A stretch of 64,000 bases of DNA. Source: Eledone cirrhosa. Taxonomy: Eukaryota. Positions 1 through 13,634 of this stretch are shown here, in pieces. Each line of letters opens with the position of its first letter. Position 1 is the stretch's first letter. Below the pieces are notes generated by a model that worked only from the letters and a program-made list of their open reading frames with translations, was not told the DNA's origin and searched no databases. Where the stretch lies: assembly GCA_964016885.1 (NCBI GenBank), contig OZ024758.1, forward strand, positions 15,624,001 to 15,688,000, given 5' to 3'. The position numbers were made by a program, and so were the translations under genes.

Positions 1-60
1 TTTACTAAAAATTATTTACTATTTCATTACTAGGTGGGATGTGGATATGATTTACTTCCA

Positions 61-290
61 TAAGCATACATACATACATACATACATACATATACACACA
101 TAAATACATACATACATATACACACATACATTCACACATACGTACATACATACATACATACATACATATACACACATCCATACATACATACATACATACA
201 TACATACACACACATTCATACATACATACATACATACATACATACATACATACATACACATTCATACATACATACATATACACACATTCA

Positions 291-322
<32 letters not shown>

Positions 323-426
323 CACACATAAATACATACATACATATACACACATTCATACATACATACATACATATACACACATAAATACATACATACA
401 TATACACACATACATTCACACATACG

Positions 427-458
<32 letters not shown>

Positions 459-1049
459 CACACATCCATACATACATACATACATACATACATACACACA
501 CATTCATACATACACACACACATACATACATACATATACACACATTCATACATACATACATACATACATACATATACACACGTTCATACATACATACATA
601 CATACATACATACATACATACATACATACACACATAAATACATACATACATATACACACATACATTCACACATACGTACATACATACATACATACATACA
701 CATTCATACATACATACATATACACACATTCATACATACACACACACACATACATACATACATACATATACACACATTCATACATACATATATACATACA
801 TACATGATGATGGCTGCCCCCTCGTTATCGAGTATGGCCATTGCACGAGGAGAAAAAAAAATACATACATACATACATACATACATACATACATACATAC
901 ACACATTCATACATACATACATACATATACATTCATACATATGTACATTCATACATACATACATACACACACACACACATAGATACATATACACACATAC
1001 ATACATACATACATATACACATACACACATTCATACATATACACACATT

Positions 1050-1081
<32 letters not shown>

Positions 1082-1095
1082 CACATACATACATG
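61..1095. repeat. (ATAC)n / (AC)n compound microsatellite
   Basis: Direct reading; accounts for all the MYVC-type ORFs here. Confidence 0.97.
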
Positions 1096-1237
1096 AATAA
1101 ATACATAAATAATTCCTTTTCTTAATATATTGTGTGCAATCTGTGAGAGAATTGGCAGTTATTTCTAGCAGGTTGTGTATCCACATAGATGCTACTCATC
1201 AGTTTGTGTAATCTATTTAATATTTAATGATGTGAAG

Positions 1238-1460
1238 GGCACTGGATTAACAGCAGAATTGGTAGAGCATCTGACAACATGCTTAGCAACATGTAGTTAC
1301 AGCCCTTTATGCTCCAAGTTCAAATCCCACCAAAGATAGCTTTGCCTTTCATCCCCTTACAAGGTCGATAAAATAAAGTACCAGTAATGCACTGAGATCG
1401 ATTTAATTGACTAACCCCTCTCTCCCAAAATTGTTGGCCCTGTGCCTAAATCAGAAACCA
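1238..1460 (+). mobile_element. tRNA-derived SINE family A (Deu/Nin-like core), older copy
   Basis: tRNA-like head, core gcctttcatcc..gtcgataaaataaagtaccag; flanking direct repeat tatttaatgatgtg. Confidence 0.75.
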
Positions 1461-1562
1461 TTATTTAATGATGTGGAACTTTGAAATATATTCTCTATTA
1501 CTGTAATAAGTGTTCCAGCTGACAGGCTGAAACCATGCTGGGGCACCGCCATTATATATATA

Positions 1563-1747
1563 TTGGCAGTATCGGTAGAGGGTTGGACTCCATGCTTTGC
1601 ATCATAGAGTTACGTGCCTTTTCGGTCTGAGTTCAAATCCCGCCGAGGTTAACATTCATTGCCTTTCATCCTTACCGGGTCGATAAAATAAAGTACCAGT
1701 AATACACTGGGATAATTGCTGGCCCTGTGCAAGAAATAGAAACAATT
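1563..1747 (+). mobile_element. SINE family A; other copies near 14780, 23830, 23972(-), 27165(-), 45093, 59031, 60852(-), 62097
   Basis: A box tggcagtatcggtag, B box gagttcaaatccc, shared core, end gaaacaatt. Confidence 0.85.
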
Positions 1748-1760
1748 ATATATATATATA

Positions 1761-2105
1761 TCATCATCATCATCATTTCATTTTACGTCCGCTTTTTCCC
1801 TGCTTGCAAGGGTGGGACGGGAACTGATTCTGGCTTGATTTCTACAGCTGGATGCCCTTCCTAACACCAACCTCATTTACAGTGAGTGCTGGGTGCTTTT
1901 TTGCCGTGGCACCTCCACAATCACTTTGCAGTGGAATGATAGGGACCCCAGTCCCTATCATCTCATTTCTACAGCTGAGTAAACTGGAGCAATGTGAAAT
2001 AAAGTGTCTTGCTCAAGGAAACAACACATTACCCGGTCTGAGAATTGAACTCACAACCTTTCGATTGCAAAGCCAATGCTCTAACCACTAAGCCATGTGC
2101 CTCCA
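1761..2105 (-). mobile_element. SINE family B (tRNA head, CORE-like segment, RTE-type tail)
   Basis: Near-identical to copies at 2941-3280(-), 14915-15260(-), 17429-17767(-), 18122-18470(+), 35685-36027(-). Confidence 0.9.
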
Positions 2106-2321
2106 TATATTTTACTTAACCATTCTCATTGTTTATACTGGATAAAGCAGTTTAACTCTCTATCTCAATGTTCTCTTTAGGTCTGGACTTATGCAAAGCT
2201 TTACAATGAATTTGAACGATTTCACCGAGAAGATATATATAGAGCAGCAATCAAAGGTAAACAGTTTAATAAAACACACAGGGATATATATATGTATCAT
2301 GATCATCATCATCATCATAGG

Positions 2322-2488
2322 CAGGGCCGTCTTAACGCATGGGCACGCTGGGCAGTTGCCCGGAGGCCCCACCAGGATAGGGGGCCCATTTATATTTTTA
2401 TTCCTGTGAGTGGTTGTGTAGGTAGGGGCCCCAGTGCTCTGCTTTGCCCGGGGGTGGGGGGGCCTATAATGCTGTTAAGACGGCCCTG
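2322..2488. mobile_element. hAT-type MITE
   Basis: 15-bp TIR cagggccgtcttaac/gttaagacggccctg; 8-bp TSD atcatagg at 2314-2321 and 2489-2496. Confidence 0.9.
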
Positions 2489-2649
2489 ATCATAGGTCTG
2501 TTTTTGCCTGCTTGCAAGGGTTGGATGGGTCCTATTCAGCACAGCATATCTCCACTCACTTGTCACGGTCCTTCGTCATCTCCTCCGTGAGCTTCAGTGA
2601 TCTGAGGTCTGCTCTCACCACCTCCGCCCGTGTTTTTCGTGGTCGACCT

Positions 2650-2700
<51 letters not shown>

Positions 2701-3455
2701 AAAAGTGTCAGGACTCCGACGGCTGAGCTCCAGCTGTTTCGACAGCTAGATCCTAGATCGAAACTAAACTAGTAGTATTAGGACAGCAGGGACCTAGCTG
2801 AACTTATCAAGGAGTACAGTCCATATATGGGCATGCAATCAAAACAGAGTAGACGTATTGAAGCAAACAATCCTAAAAATTGTTATGGTCCACCTGGTTT
2901 CTTACCACACTTTCTTTGTTACATATATATATATATATATCATCATCATCATTTCATTTTACGTCCGCTTTTCCCTGCTTGCAAGGGTGGGACGGGAACT
3001 GATTCTGGATTTATTTCTACAGCTGGATGCCCTTCCTAACACCAACCTCATTTACAGGGAGTGCTGGGTGCTTTTTTGCCGTGGCACCTCCACGACCACT
3101 TTGCAGTGGAATGATATGGACCCCAGTCCCTATCATCTCATTTCTGCAGCTGAGTAAACTGGAGCAATGTGAAATAAAGTGTCTTGCTCAAGGAAACAAC
3201 ATATCACCCGGTCTGAGAATTGAACTCACAACCTTTCAATTGCAAGGCCAATGCTCTAACCACTAAGCCATGTGCCTCCATATATATATAGTGTGGACTG
3301 GGAGGTTTTTACCGTGTTACCTACACGGCCACATTACAGCGTGGACTGTGTGTTTTTTTTGTTGTGAGACCTACACGACCTCATTTGTTTCGGACTGGAT
3401 GTTGTGGTACCAACATAACTTCACATTTAAGGGGGTGGTGTGGATGGGGTGGGGG

Positions 3456-3507
<52 letters not shown>

Positions 3508-3517
3508 TCATCGTGTA

Positions 3518-3554
<37 letters not shown>

Positions 3555-3564
3555 TCATCATGTA

Positions 3565-3599
<35 letters not shown>

Positions 3600-3745
3600 A
3601 ATGGAAAATGAAAAATCAGTGATGCATCGGAACTCAATTTATTGTGTGTTACAATTGTTTCCCTGGATAACAGCTTGAGGTGTGATCCATGTGCGGATCT
3701 ACCTGACTCTAGTCTCGCAGGTTCCTCGGACACGTCTATTGATTT

Positions 3746-3776
<31 letters not shown>

Positions 3777-3976
3777 CATCATCATCATTGTTTAATGTCT
3801 ATTTTTCCGTGCTTTCATGGGTTAGACAGGTCGCCGTAATCAGCCATAATTCTCTCACCTCTTTCTGTTCAAACTGGCCTTAACCGGTCGCTCATACTTA
3901 TGTTAAGGTGTTATTCTCCAAAAAAAGAAAAAAGAAAAAAATAACATCAAAATCTTGTAGATTCGATATTATATAT

Positions 3977-4312
3977 GGAGGCACATGGCCTAGTGGTTAG
4001 AGCATTGGTCTTGCAATCGAAAGGTTGTGAGTTCAATTCTCAGACCGAGTGATGTGTTGTTTCCTTGAGCAAGACACTTTATTTCACATTGCTCCAGTTT
4101 ACTCAGCTGTAGAAATGAGATGATAGGGACTGGGGTCCCTATCATTCCACTGCAAAGTGGTCGTGGAGGTGCCACGGCAAAAAAGCACCCAGCACTCACT
4201 GTAAATGAGGTTGGTGTTAGGAAGGGCATCCAGCTGTAGAAATCAAGCCAGAATCAGTTCCCGTCCCACCCTTGCAAGCAGGGAGAAGTGGACGTAAAAT
4301 GAAATGATGATG
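3977..4312 (+). mobile_element. SINE family B, full length
   Basis: A box tggcctagtggttag, B box gagttcaattc, ccttgagcaagacacttt, tail cccacccttgcaagcaggg..gacgtaaaatg(atg)n. Confidence 0.9.
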
Positions 4313-4624
4313 AAAAATGAAATGATGAAAGCCTTTACCATGAAAATACAATAATATCTATAGAGTAATGTAAATGGTAAAGGGTTAAGTGGAACATACA
4401 CAGCATCAATCTCACCAGTAACAAAGGTTCTGAGATGGCTATGGGTATGGCCCTGTCCTGCAGACCTACCAAATATAAAAAACCCAGTCTAGATAAAAAG
4501 AATCAAAGATTTTTAGGTGAATAAAACAATGGTTTCAAATGACAGGACTTATCAAATGAAGAGTTTTATCAAAGAAAATAGTCTCCATTATCTCTGACAC
4601 ATAATTTGCCACCATTTTATCTCA

Positions 4625-5712
4625 TGTACACATATGTAGTCACATATACACATATACATACATATGTAGTCACACACACACACATATACATACATATGTA
4701 GTCACACACACACACACATATACATACATATGTAGTCACACACACACACACATATACATACATATGTAGTCACACACACACACACATATACATACATATG
4801 TAGTCACACACACACATATACATACATATGTAGTCACATATACACATGTACATACATATGTAGTCACACACACACACATATACATATGTAGTCACACACA
4901 CACACATATACATACATATACATACATATACATACATATGTAGTCACACATACACATATGTAGTCACACACACACATATACATACATATGTAGTCACACA
5001 CACACACATATACATACATATGTAGTCACATATACACATATACATACATATGTAGTCACACACACACATATACATACATATGTAGTCACACATACACACA
5101 TATACATACATATGTAGTCGCACACACACACATATACATACATATGTAGTCACACACACATATACATACATATGTAGTCACACACACACACATATACATA
5201 CATATGTAGTTACATATACACATATACATACAAATGTAGTCACACACACACACATATACATACATACACACATACATATACATACATATGTAGTCACACA
5301 CACACACATATACATACATATGTAGTCACACACACATACATATACATACATATGTAGTCACACACACACACATACATATGTAGTCACACACACACACACA
5401 TATACATATATATGTAGTCACACACACACACATATACATGCATATGTAGTCACACACATATACATACATACATATGTAGTCACACACACACACATATACA
5501 TACATACATATGTAGTCACACATACATATACATACATACATATGTAGTCACACACACACATTCATACATATGTAGTCACACACACACATACATACATACA
5601 TAGTCACATAAACACATGCACATACATACATATGTAGTCACACACACACACATATACAAGTATATGTAGTCTCACACACACACACACACACACACATATA
5701 CATGCATATGTA
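4625..5712. repeat. Compound minisatellite catatgtagt(ca)n-tatacata
   Basis: Direct reading. Confidence 0.95.
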
Positions 5713-5987
5713 GTTGCAACCCTGTCCAAACCTTTGGCTCAAATAATTTATATAAATGTTTTGATGAAGGACCTTGACAAGTAGAGAGATGCACTGTTGA
5801 ATAGGACCCGTCCCACCCTTGCAAGCAGGGAAAAGCGGACGTAAAATGATGATGATGATGGTTTAATGATCCAGCCACCATAGTGTTTTTTCTCACCCCT
5901 GATAATCAAAGACAGATCATACATGTGAAGAAGTTTCTTTCATGTGGTTACGTAGTTCCCAGCACTGTATTTTTACCTATAGAGGGC

Positions 5988-6631
5988 CTAATAATAATAA
6001 TAATAATGAAATATTGTGTACAGTGCTCAGGTGCACTACAACTCATCAAAAAGTGTATGTATAGTACATAGGGTAATGTACAAACATCAGGAAAATGAAC
6101 AGTGCATGAGTCATGATACACACGTGTGTGCATGTGTATGGAAGGGGTACATCAGGTGTAGTTTTGGCGTATTTCGGGAAGCATGAGTGTCTTAAAGGAT
6201 GCAGCGTCTCGACAGCTAACAACTGACGCAGGCAGTTTGTTCCATGCTTCAGCAACTCTGAGCGTGAAAAAATGTCTACGAAAGTCATGGGAGCTGTGCT
6301 GTTTTCTGATTTTGTAGGCATGTCCACGTGTGTTAGACACATGGAGATCAAAAAGGTGCTCAGGGTTGAAATTGGCGAGATGGTTAATAACTTTGTGGGT
6401 ATTTACCAAGTCCATTGCCAGACGTTGGAGCTTCAATGAATCCATGCCCAGGGAAGCAAGGCATTCAGAGTATGGTAGGTGTCTGATGGAGGGTATGCGC
6501 TTGGTTGCACGTCTCTGAACAGTTTCCAGGAGGTCAATGTTCTGAGCAAGATAGGGGTTCCAGACTGATGATGGTCGTACCATAGCTGTATACAGTTTTA
6601 AATAGATGGCTGGAGAGCGGCTAACAAACAA
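5988..6631 (-). mobile_element. CR1-like LINE 3' fragment
   Basis: ORF2 C-terminal motifs VWNPY..LETVQRRATK, TRGH..K, FFTLRVAEAWNKLP; (att)n tail. Confidence 0.88.
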
Positions 6632-7136
6632 TCTATCTCTATATAAATGGTTTCACCCAGGCATGCCAAACATGCAGCCCGCGGGTTGCATGCAGCCCTT
6701 TACAAGTACACCTGCGGCCCTTTACAAGTACACCTGCGGCCCACACAAAGGTTTTTACAGAGCGAGCATGTTTTATCTTTGTAATATAAAATATGGAGAA
6801 AAAATTAGTTGTAATGTGAGCAATTAGTTGTCATGTGTGGCCCTCATATAACACATATGTGACCCATGTGGCCCTCAGACATGGTGGTGGTGGTCGTGAT
6901 GGCGATGGTAGCGGTGGTGGTGGTGGTGGTGATGATGATGATGATAGTGCTGATGGTGGTATTGTTGAAGATGATGGTGATGACGATGGCAGTAGTTCCA
7001 TTTTGCCTTTCATCCTTACAGGGTCGATAAAATAAAGTAGCAGTAATGCACTGGGTAATTGCTGGCCTTGTGCCAAAAGTAGAAGCAATTATTTCTAATT
7101 AGAATTTCTAATCAAACATTTTATTCTTCCTACCAG

Positions 7137-7306
7137 GAGCAGAATTTCTACGGAAGCATATCAAGGACCCAGATACAAAAAGATGTGCTTTCTCAATGAC
7201 AGCAGAGGGCAAACATATTAAAATTCAAAGAACCATCTTTACTGAATGTTTCTATGTCTTGGGAATGTCTGAAATATATCGTGCTAGTAATATTGAAGTG
7301 TATAAG
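7137..7306 (+). CDS. RENBP: N-acylglucosamine 2-epimerase exon (first visible)
   Basis: ccag|...|gttagt; AEFLRKH..KIQRTIFTECFY resembles RENBP GEFL..KVQRTIFSECFY. Confidence 0.92.
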
Positions 7307-7394
7307 GTTAGTAAATTTCCACATTTTTGGGGTGAGAACTCTTCAACTCATCTATATTTCATGTCCACAGACCAGCAATCTCCAGTAATTCCTG

Positions 7395-7805
7395 TTAGAA
7401 ATACCAAATTATTAACCATCTTGCCAACAACAACCCTGAGTACCTTTTTGATTTCCATGTGTCTAACACACGTGGGCATGCCTACAAAGTCAGAAAACGG
7501 CACAGCTCCCATGACTTTCGGAAACATTTTTTCAAGCTCAGAGTTGCTGAAGCATGGAACAAACTACCTGCATCAGTTGTTAACTGTCGAGACACTGCAT
7601 CCTTTAAAACCTCCATGCTTCCTGAGATTCGCCAACACTACACCTGATGTTCCCCCTCCATTCACACACACACACATGTATATCATGACTCATACACTAT
7701 TCACTTCCCTGACATTTGTATATTATTCTATGTACTATACATGCACCTTTGATGAGTTGTAGTGCACCTGAGCACTGTACACAATAATTTCATTATTATT
7801 ATTAT
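7395..7805 (+). mobile_element. CR1-like LINE 3' fragment, inverted relative to 5988-6410
   Basis: SNTRGHAYKVRK..FFKLRVAEAWNKLP; same 3' UTR and (att)n tail. Confidence 0.88.
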
Positions 7806-8142
7806 ATTTTGTTTTACAGGTTTAACCCTTTCATAACCATATTTTTACTGGTTTAATCCTTTAGCATTTAAACCAGCCATATCTGGCCAGAATTCTCTCA
7901 CCTCTTTCTGTTTAAACCAGCTGTAACTGGCCACTTATACTTATGTTAAGGTATTGTTCTCAAAATAAATATCAAAATCTCATAGATTCGATATTATGTG
8001 AGGTAAAGCCTTTACCGTGAAAAGGTATAATAGTAAATATATCACCTTGACCGACCAGTCTGTCGGGTGCCCCTGGTCACAGAACGTGCTGTTTTAGGCA
8101 TACGATGACGCCATCCCACTGGCTGGGCAGGCAGGCCGTAAG

Positions 8143-8430
8143 TCTAAAGTCTGTCTTAAGCCAGAAGGCTCATTTGGCCGGTACCCATCCAGGTTTCATG
8201 GCGTGAAGCGACTGAGAGTACAAGACTCCACCCTGGACAGGACGCCAGTCCATCGCAGGGCTAAACTTCCAGCTATTGCTGGTACTCATTTTCAGCTGAG
8301 TAAACTGGAGCAACGTGAAATAAAGTGTCTTGCTCAAGGAAACAACACATCACCCGGTCTGAGAATTGAACTCACAACCTTTCGATATTGCAAGCCTACT
8401 GCTCTAACCACTAAGCCATGTGCCTTCACA
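8143..8430 (-). mobile_element. SINE family C (tRNA head, V-domain-like core); also 14530-14778(-), 19471-19757(+)
   Basis: Same head as family B; core gactggcgtcctgtccaggg, tail cagacttta. Confidence 0.7.
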
Positions 8431-9484
8431 GTAAATATATAGAGTAATGTAAATGCTAAAGGGTTGAAGGATTAACTCTTTAGCATTCAAACCGGCCGTA
8501 TCAGGACAGAATTCTCTCACCTCTTTCTGTTCAAACTGGTTGTAACCAGCTGCTCATACTGATGTTAAGGTATAACAGCTGTAACCGGCCACTTATACAG
8601 ATGTTAAGGGATTCTTCTCAAAATAAATATTGAAATCTCATAGATTCAATATGAAAATACAAAAATAAATATAGAGTAATGTAAATGCTAAAGGATTAAC
8701 CCTTTAATTACCATATTTCTACTGGTTTAACCCTTTCATTTCCACATTTCTACTGGTACCTGTAGCAGGTAGAAAACTGACCTAACCAGAGCAGTATCTA
8801 ATGAAGAAGCTGGTTAAGTCACTGACCACTCAACCATAAAGCAGGTTGTACTGGGTTATAGCAGGCAGAAGCCTGACCTGAATACACCAGGATCTAGTGG
8901 GGAAGTTTGTTTAGTCATTGACCACTCAACCAGGTTGAACTAGTAACAGGCAGAAGACTGACCTTAAGAGACCAGAGTCTGGTGGGGGAGCAGGTTTAGT
9001 TACTGACCACTCGACCATGAAGCAGGTTATATTGGGTTACATGGTACCAGTATCAAGCAGAAAGCAGACCTGACCTAAAACTATATCAAAATTAGTATTA
9101 ACCCTTTAACATTTAAACTGGCCATATCTGGCCAGAATTCTCACCTTTTTCTGTTCGAACTGGCTGTAACCGGCTGCTCATACTGATATTAAGGTATTGT
9201 TCTCAAAATAAATAATATCAAAATCTCATAGATTCAAAATTATGTGAGATAATTATGTAAGGTAAAACCTTTACTGTGAAAATAAAATAGTAAATATAGA
9301 GTAATGTAAATGCTAAAGGGTTAAGCATGTCAACACACCAAGAAAGTATAGTGCAGAATGAGAAGTTCTCACAGTAGACGCTACCACCCCTGCAGGGGTC
9401 ATTGAGAAGGTCCAGGGAATGCTGCTTCCTAAGGGGGTGATAATGGGGCAGTAGAGATGATATAATAGTATATTAAGTATCAAA

Positions 9485-9526
<42 letters not shown>

Positions 9527-10017
9527 AAATAAAAAAATATATAATATTTATTTATACATAATATATATTATATTATTCATTATATATAAATTAACAACTT
9601 TATTTATTAGTTACAATTTGCATGTAGGCAGGTCTCTCTGGAAATAGGGTTGAGAGTTTGCTGAAGGTATTACGTGGCCAGGGGGGGGCCTAAAAAGTTA
9701 AGAACATCTGGTGTAGATGGCCGAGATGATAAAAGATCAGACAAGCGGCTGATATAAGACTAACTTTAACCCTACCACTGATGTAATATTGTGATTGTCA
9801 CCTTGACATTTAACTCCTAAATAGTTCAGTTTATTCAGCTGAAAATAGTTCATATATATTTCTTTTACTACCAGAAATATGATCTTGTCAAATCTCCACA
9901 GTACCCATCCACCCCCAATTGGTTCTAAGAAAAGGGGGCAACATTAACAATAGATCTCATTTGAAGTAAATGAAAATATCTTGAGTTATCTAATTCACCA
10001 GATTCATTGTGTATATC

Positions 10018-10300
10018 TGGGTTAGGTTTAGAACCCATTAAGATTTGGGTTAGAGGTAGGCTTGATTAGGTTTAAAATTCATTAGGATTTGAGTTAGAGA
10101 TAGGCTTGATTAGGTTTAGAGCTCATTTGGATTTGGGTTAGAGGTAGGCTTGGTTAGGTTTAGAACTCATTAGGATTTGGGTTAGAGGTAGGCTTGGTTA
10201 GGTTTAGAATCCATTAGGATTTAGGTTAGAGGTAGGCTTGGTTAGGTTTAGAACTCATTAGGATTTAGGTTAGAGGTAGGCTTGGTTAGGTTTGGGGTTG
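10018..10300. repeat. 44-bp minisatellite rich in ttagg/tttagg
   Basis: gaggtaggct recurs at 10141 and 10185. Confidence 0.85.
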
Positions 10301-10329
10301 GGATACTTTGGAGTTATATTTCGATTGAT

Positions 10330-10367
<38 letters not shown>

Positions 10368-10470
10368 CACAGTATTTCAGAGACATACACACATACATAT
10401 ATGTATTCATACAAGGATACATACATACAAACATAAATACATACAAATATACATATATACAAACATACAT

Positions 10471-10517
<47 letters not shown>

Positions 10518-11265
10518 CACTTTGCATGTTTGGCATTTGAATGGAGACAAAGTAGGGTTGAAAAGTTCCTTTCTGTTCTACTTGAGACCCAACAACCTCT
10601 CTAGTGTTGGTGCCATCATAAAATGCACCCAGTACACTCTGGAAAGTGATATTGTTAAGGCCATGATAAACTCCACTCAGTAAACACTGTAAGCAGTAGT
10701 GCTGATGCCTCCAAAAAATGCAACTGGTACACTCTGTAAATGGTAGTGCTAGTGTCCTGAGAAAATGCTCCCAGTACACTCTGTACGTTGTAGTGCTAGC
10801 ATCACAATAAAATGCACTCAGTACGCTCTGTAAAGTGATGGACATTAGGCAGGACGTCCAGCCCTTAAAACCATGCCTAAAATTGAATATATGAACAAGA
10901 TGTGATACAATGTGATAAGATGAGGACGATAATGATAATGGTGATGATGATGGTGATGATGGTGGTGGTGGGGGGTGAAGAGGATGATGATGATGGGGGT
11001 GATGATGATGGTTATGTGATGGTGGGGGATGATGGTGATGGTGGGGGTGATGATGATGATGATGATGGTGATGTGATGGGGGGGTGATGGTGGTGGTGGA
11101 GCGGTAATGGCAAGGGACAATAGTGATAATGGTGATGATGATGATAATGGTGATGGTTGTGGTGGTGAGGATGAGGATGGTGGTGATGGTGGGTGATGAT
11201 GATGATGATGATGATGTAAATCAAATATGTATGTTTCTCTTTTTTTTTTTTTTTTTTTTTTTTAG

Positions 11266-11490
11266 TGTGAAGCTTTGGAAATGATGGAAAAAATTCTTTA
11301 CTGGATCTACGAAGATTCTACAGACCTGGGCCGTTCTCTTCTTAAAGGTAGCGCTGAAGTCCAGACCCTTGCAGTGCCAATGATGCTCATGTGTTTAGCA
11401 GACCAATTAATCAATGTTGGCTTGGATTTAGATGGGACTTATAGTAATCTTTCCAAACGTTGCTCTCTTGAAATTCTGAAACATATTCAG
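11266..11490 (+). CDS. RENBP: N-acylglucosamine 2-epimerase exon
   Basis: tttag|...|gtaaaa; EALEMMEKILYW..LAVPMML..ILKHIQ; phase 0/0. Confidence 0.93.
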
Positions 11491-11619
11491 GTAAAAATAG
11501 ATACTCACTAGGACCACCCCGCCCACCACTCCACAAAAAATGCAGAAGACCCAACTTCCCACAGGCACAGGCCAAAGCTGGAGCACATATATAGAGTATG
11601 GCCCCACCCCATCCTCCCA

Positions 11620-12190
11620 CATGTAGGTGTCACAACAAAAAGCATCCAGTCCACACTGTAAAATGGTCATGTAGTTGTCACAACAAAAAGCATCCAGTCC
11701 ACACTGTCAAGTGGTCATGTAGGTGTCACAACAAAAAGCATCCAGTCCACACTGTAAAATGGTCATGTAGGTGTCACAACAAAAAGCATCCAGTCCACAC
11801 TGTAAAATGGTCATGTAGGTGTCACAACAAAAAGCATCCAGTCCACACTGTAAAATGGTCATGTAGGTGTCACAACAAAAAGCATCCAGTCCACACTGTA
11901 AAATGGTCATGTAGGTGTCATGACAAAAAGCATCCAGTCCACACTGTAAAGTGGTCATGTAGGTGTCATGACAAAAAGCATCCAGTCCACACTGTAAAGT
12001 GGTCATGTAGGTGTCATGACAAAAAGCATCCAGTCCACACTGTAAAGTGGTCATGTAGGTGTCATGACAAAAAGCATCCAGTTCACACTGTAAAGTGGTC
12101 ATGTAGGTGTCATGACAAAAAGCACCCAGTCCACACTGTAAGGTCGTCGTGTAGGTGTCACGACAAAAAGCACCCAGTACTCACTGGAAA
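11620..12190 (+). repeat. 48-bp tandem array from a SINE-internal unit, followed by the SINE tail
   Basis: Unit cacaacaaaaagcatccagtccacactgtaaaatggtcatgtaggtgt; runs into gttggcgttaggaagggcatccag. Confidence 0.9.
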
Positions 12191-12924
12191 ATGTAGTTGG
12201 CGTTAGGAAGGGCATCCAGTTGTAGAAACCAAGCCAAAATCAGTTCTGTATGAGCAAGACATGGTCACTGACCTAACATTGCCCACAGCAGGACAACTTG
12301 TTTAAGCCATGCTAGTGTGGAAAATGGACATAAAACGGTGATGATGATGATGTTTCTACTTTAGGCACAAGGCCAGCAATTTTTGGGGAAGGTGGAGACG
12401 TTTGCTTCTGACAGAACCCACTGGAAGAAGTGTTTGAGGACTGGACTCTGCCCCAGTGACCCTCACAGGAATAAGTGAGCGAAGAAGAGGAAGGATGGGA
12501 AAAATCAATTAAATCGACCCCAGTACATTAATGGTGCTTTATTCTATTGCCCGCGTAAAGATGAACGGCAAAGCTATATTTTTCTGGTAATATTAGAACA
12601 TGACCCTCCCCAAATATAACAATACCTATAAACAAATATTGAGTTTGAGATGCGAGTGTATCAGAATTCGTAGGAAAGTAGTGCCAAGAAGCTGTTAAAA
12701 CAGCAAAGTGGGGTTGATGACGGTGTCGGGTAAAATTCACTTCAAAGGATAGAAATCTTGGGCTAGATGTGAGTTAGCTCAAAGAAGTGATAGGCAGAAA
12801 TGAGAAAAAATAAAATGGATGAGAGATCACAAACATTGAAATACACTCATCAGCTTTTCCTGCAGTTTCAACAATTTAACAAAACCTATTTATTTTATTT
12901 TATTTTTTTCATATCTTTTGTTAG

Positions 12925-13006
12925 AGACATGGTTCTGTTGTTTTAGAAAATATATCATTGGAAGGAAAAGAGTTACCTGGAAGTTCAGGTCGATTAATGA
13001 ATCCAG
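12925..13006 (+). CDS. RENBP: N-acylglucosamine 2-epimerase exon (82 nt, not in ORF track)
   Basis: ttag|RHGSVVLENISLEGKELPGSSGRLMNP G|gtaag; resembles RDGQAVLENVSEGGKELPG..NPG. Confidence 0.92.
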
Positions 13007-13634
13007 GTAAGAAAAACATGTTCCTTTATTATTCTGAACTCTTCTTTGTTTCTTCATTCTAAGAATAATTAGAAATTTTATCATTTATGATTTACATAAC
13101 AGTTCTGTTGATTAACCCTTCTGATAGCAACCTACCTGAAATTATCCTTGGTTCTCTGATTCAAATCTACCAATTTAAACTTCTATCACATTTTAAGCAA
13201 GAAGCTTTATGTTAAATTACATTCCAAAATCCAACTTAATGAGGGAGGGGAATGTCAATTAAATCAACCCCAGTTTGTTACTGGTACTTTATTTTATCGA
13301 CCCTGAGTGATGAAAGACAAAGCTAACTTCAGTGGGATTTGAACTCAGAACATAAAGGGCCATAACACTCTACTGATTCTGCCAATTCTAAAATTTCTTG
13401 ATTCCCTAAAAATTACTGATTATTTCAAACTGAGTTAAAAATTACAGGCAGTGTATTTCATTTAAAATATGGTAATGAAATCTGTTAACCATTCTATCTC
13501 TGAGATTTCTTAGTCTTTGTTGCTACATGCTACAAAATAGTCTACCATAATTGCCTAATTCTTCCAAGGTTTCTGGTGTTGTGGGATGTAAATAGCCAAC
13601 TCATTTACAGCACAATCTTCAGAAAGCTATTCAA

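Noticed and set aside
1852-2091. Recurrent 79-aa ORF MPFLTPTSF.. (also 3027, 3990, 17515, 24561)
   Set aside because: Antisense reading of SINE B, not a gene family
3977-4050. tRNA gene
   Set aside because: tRNA-derived SINE head that continues into the SINE body
10018-10300. Interstitial telomere
   Set aside because: 44-bp higher-order unit, not pure TTAGGG/TTAGG repeats
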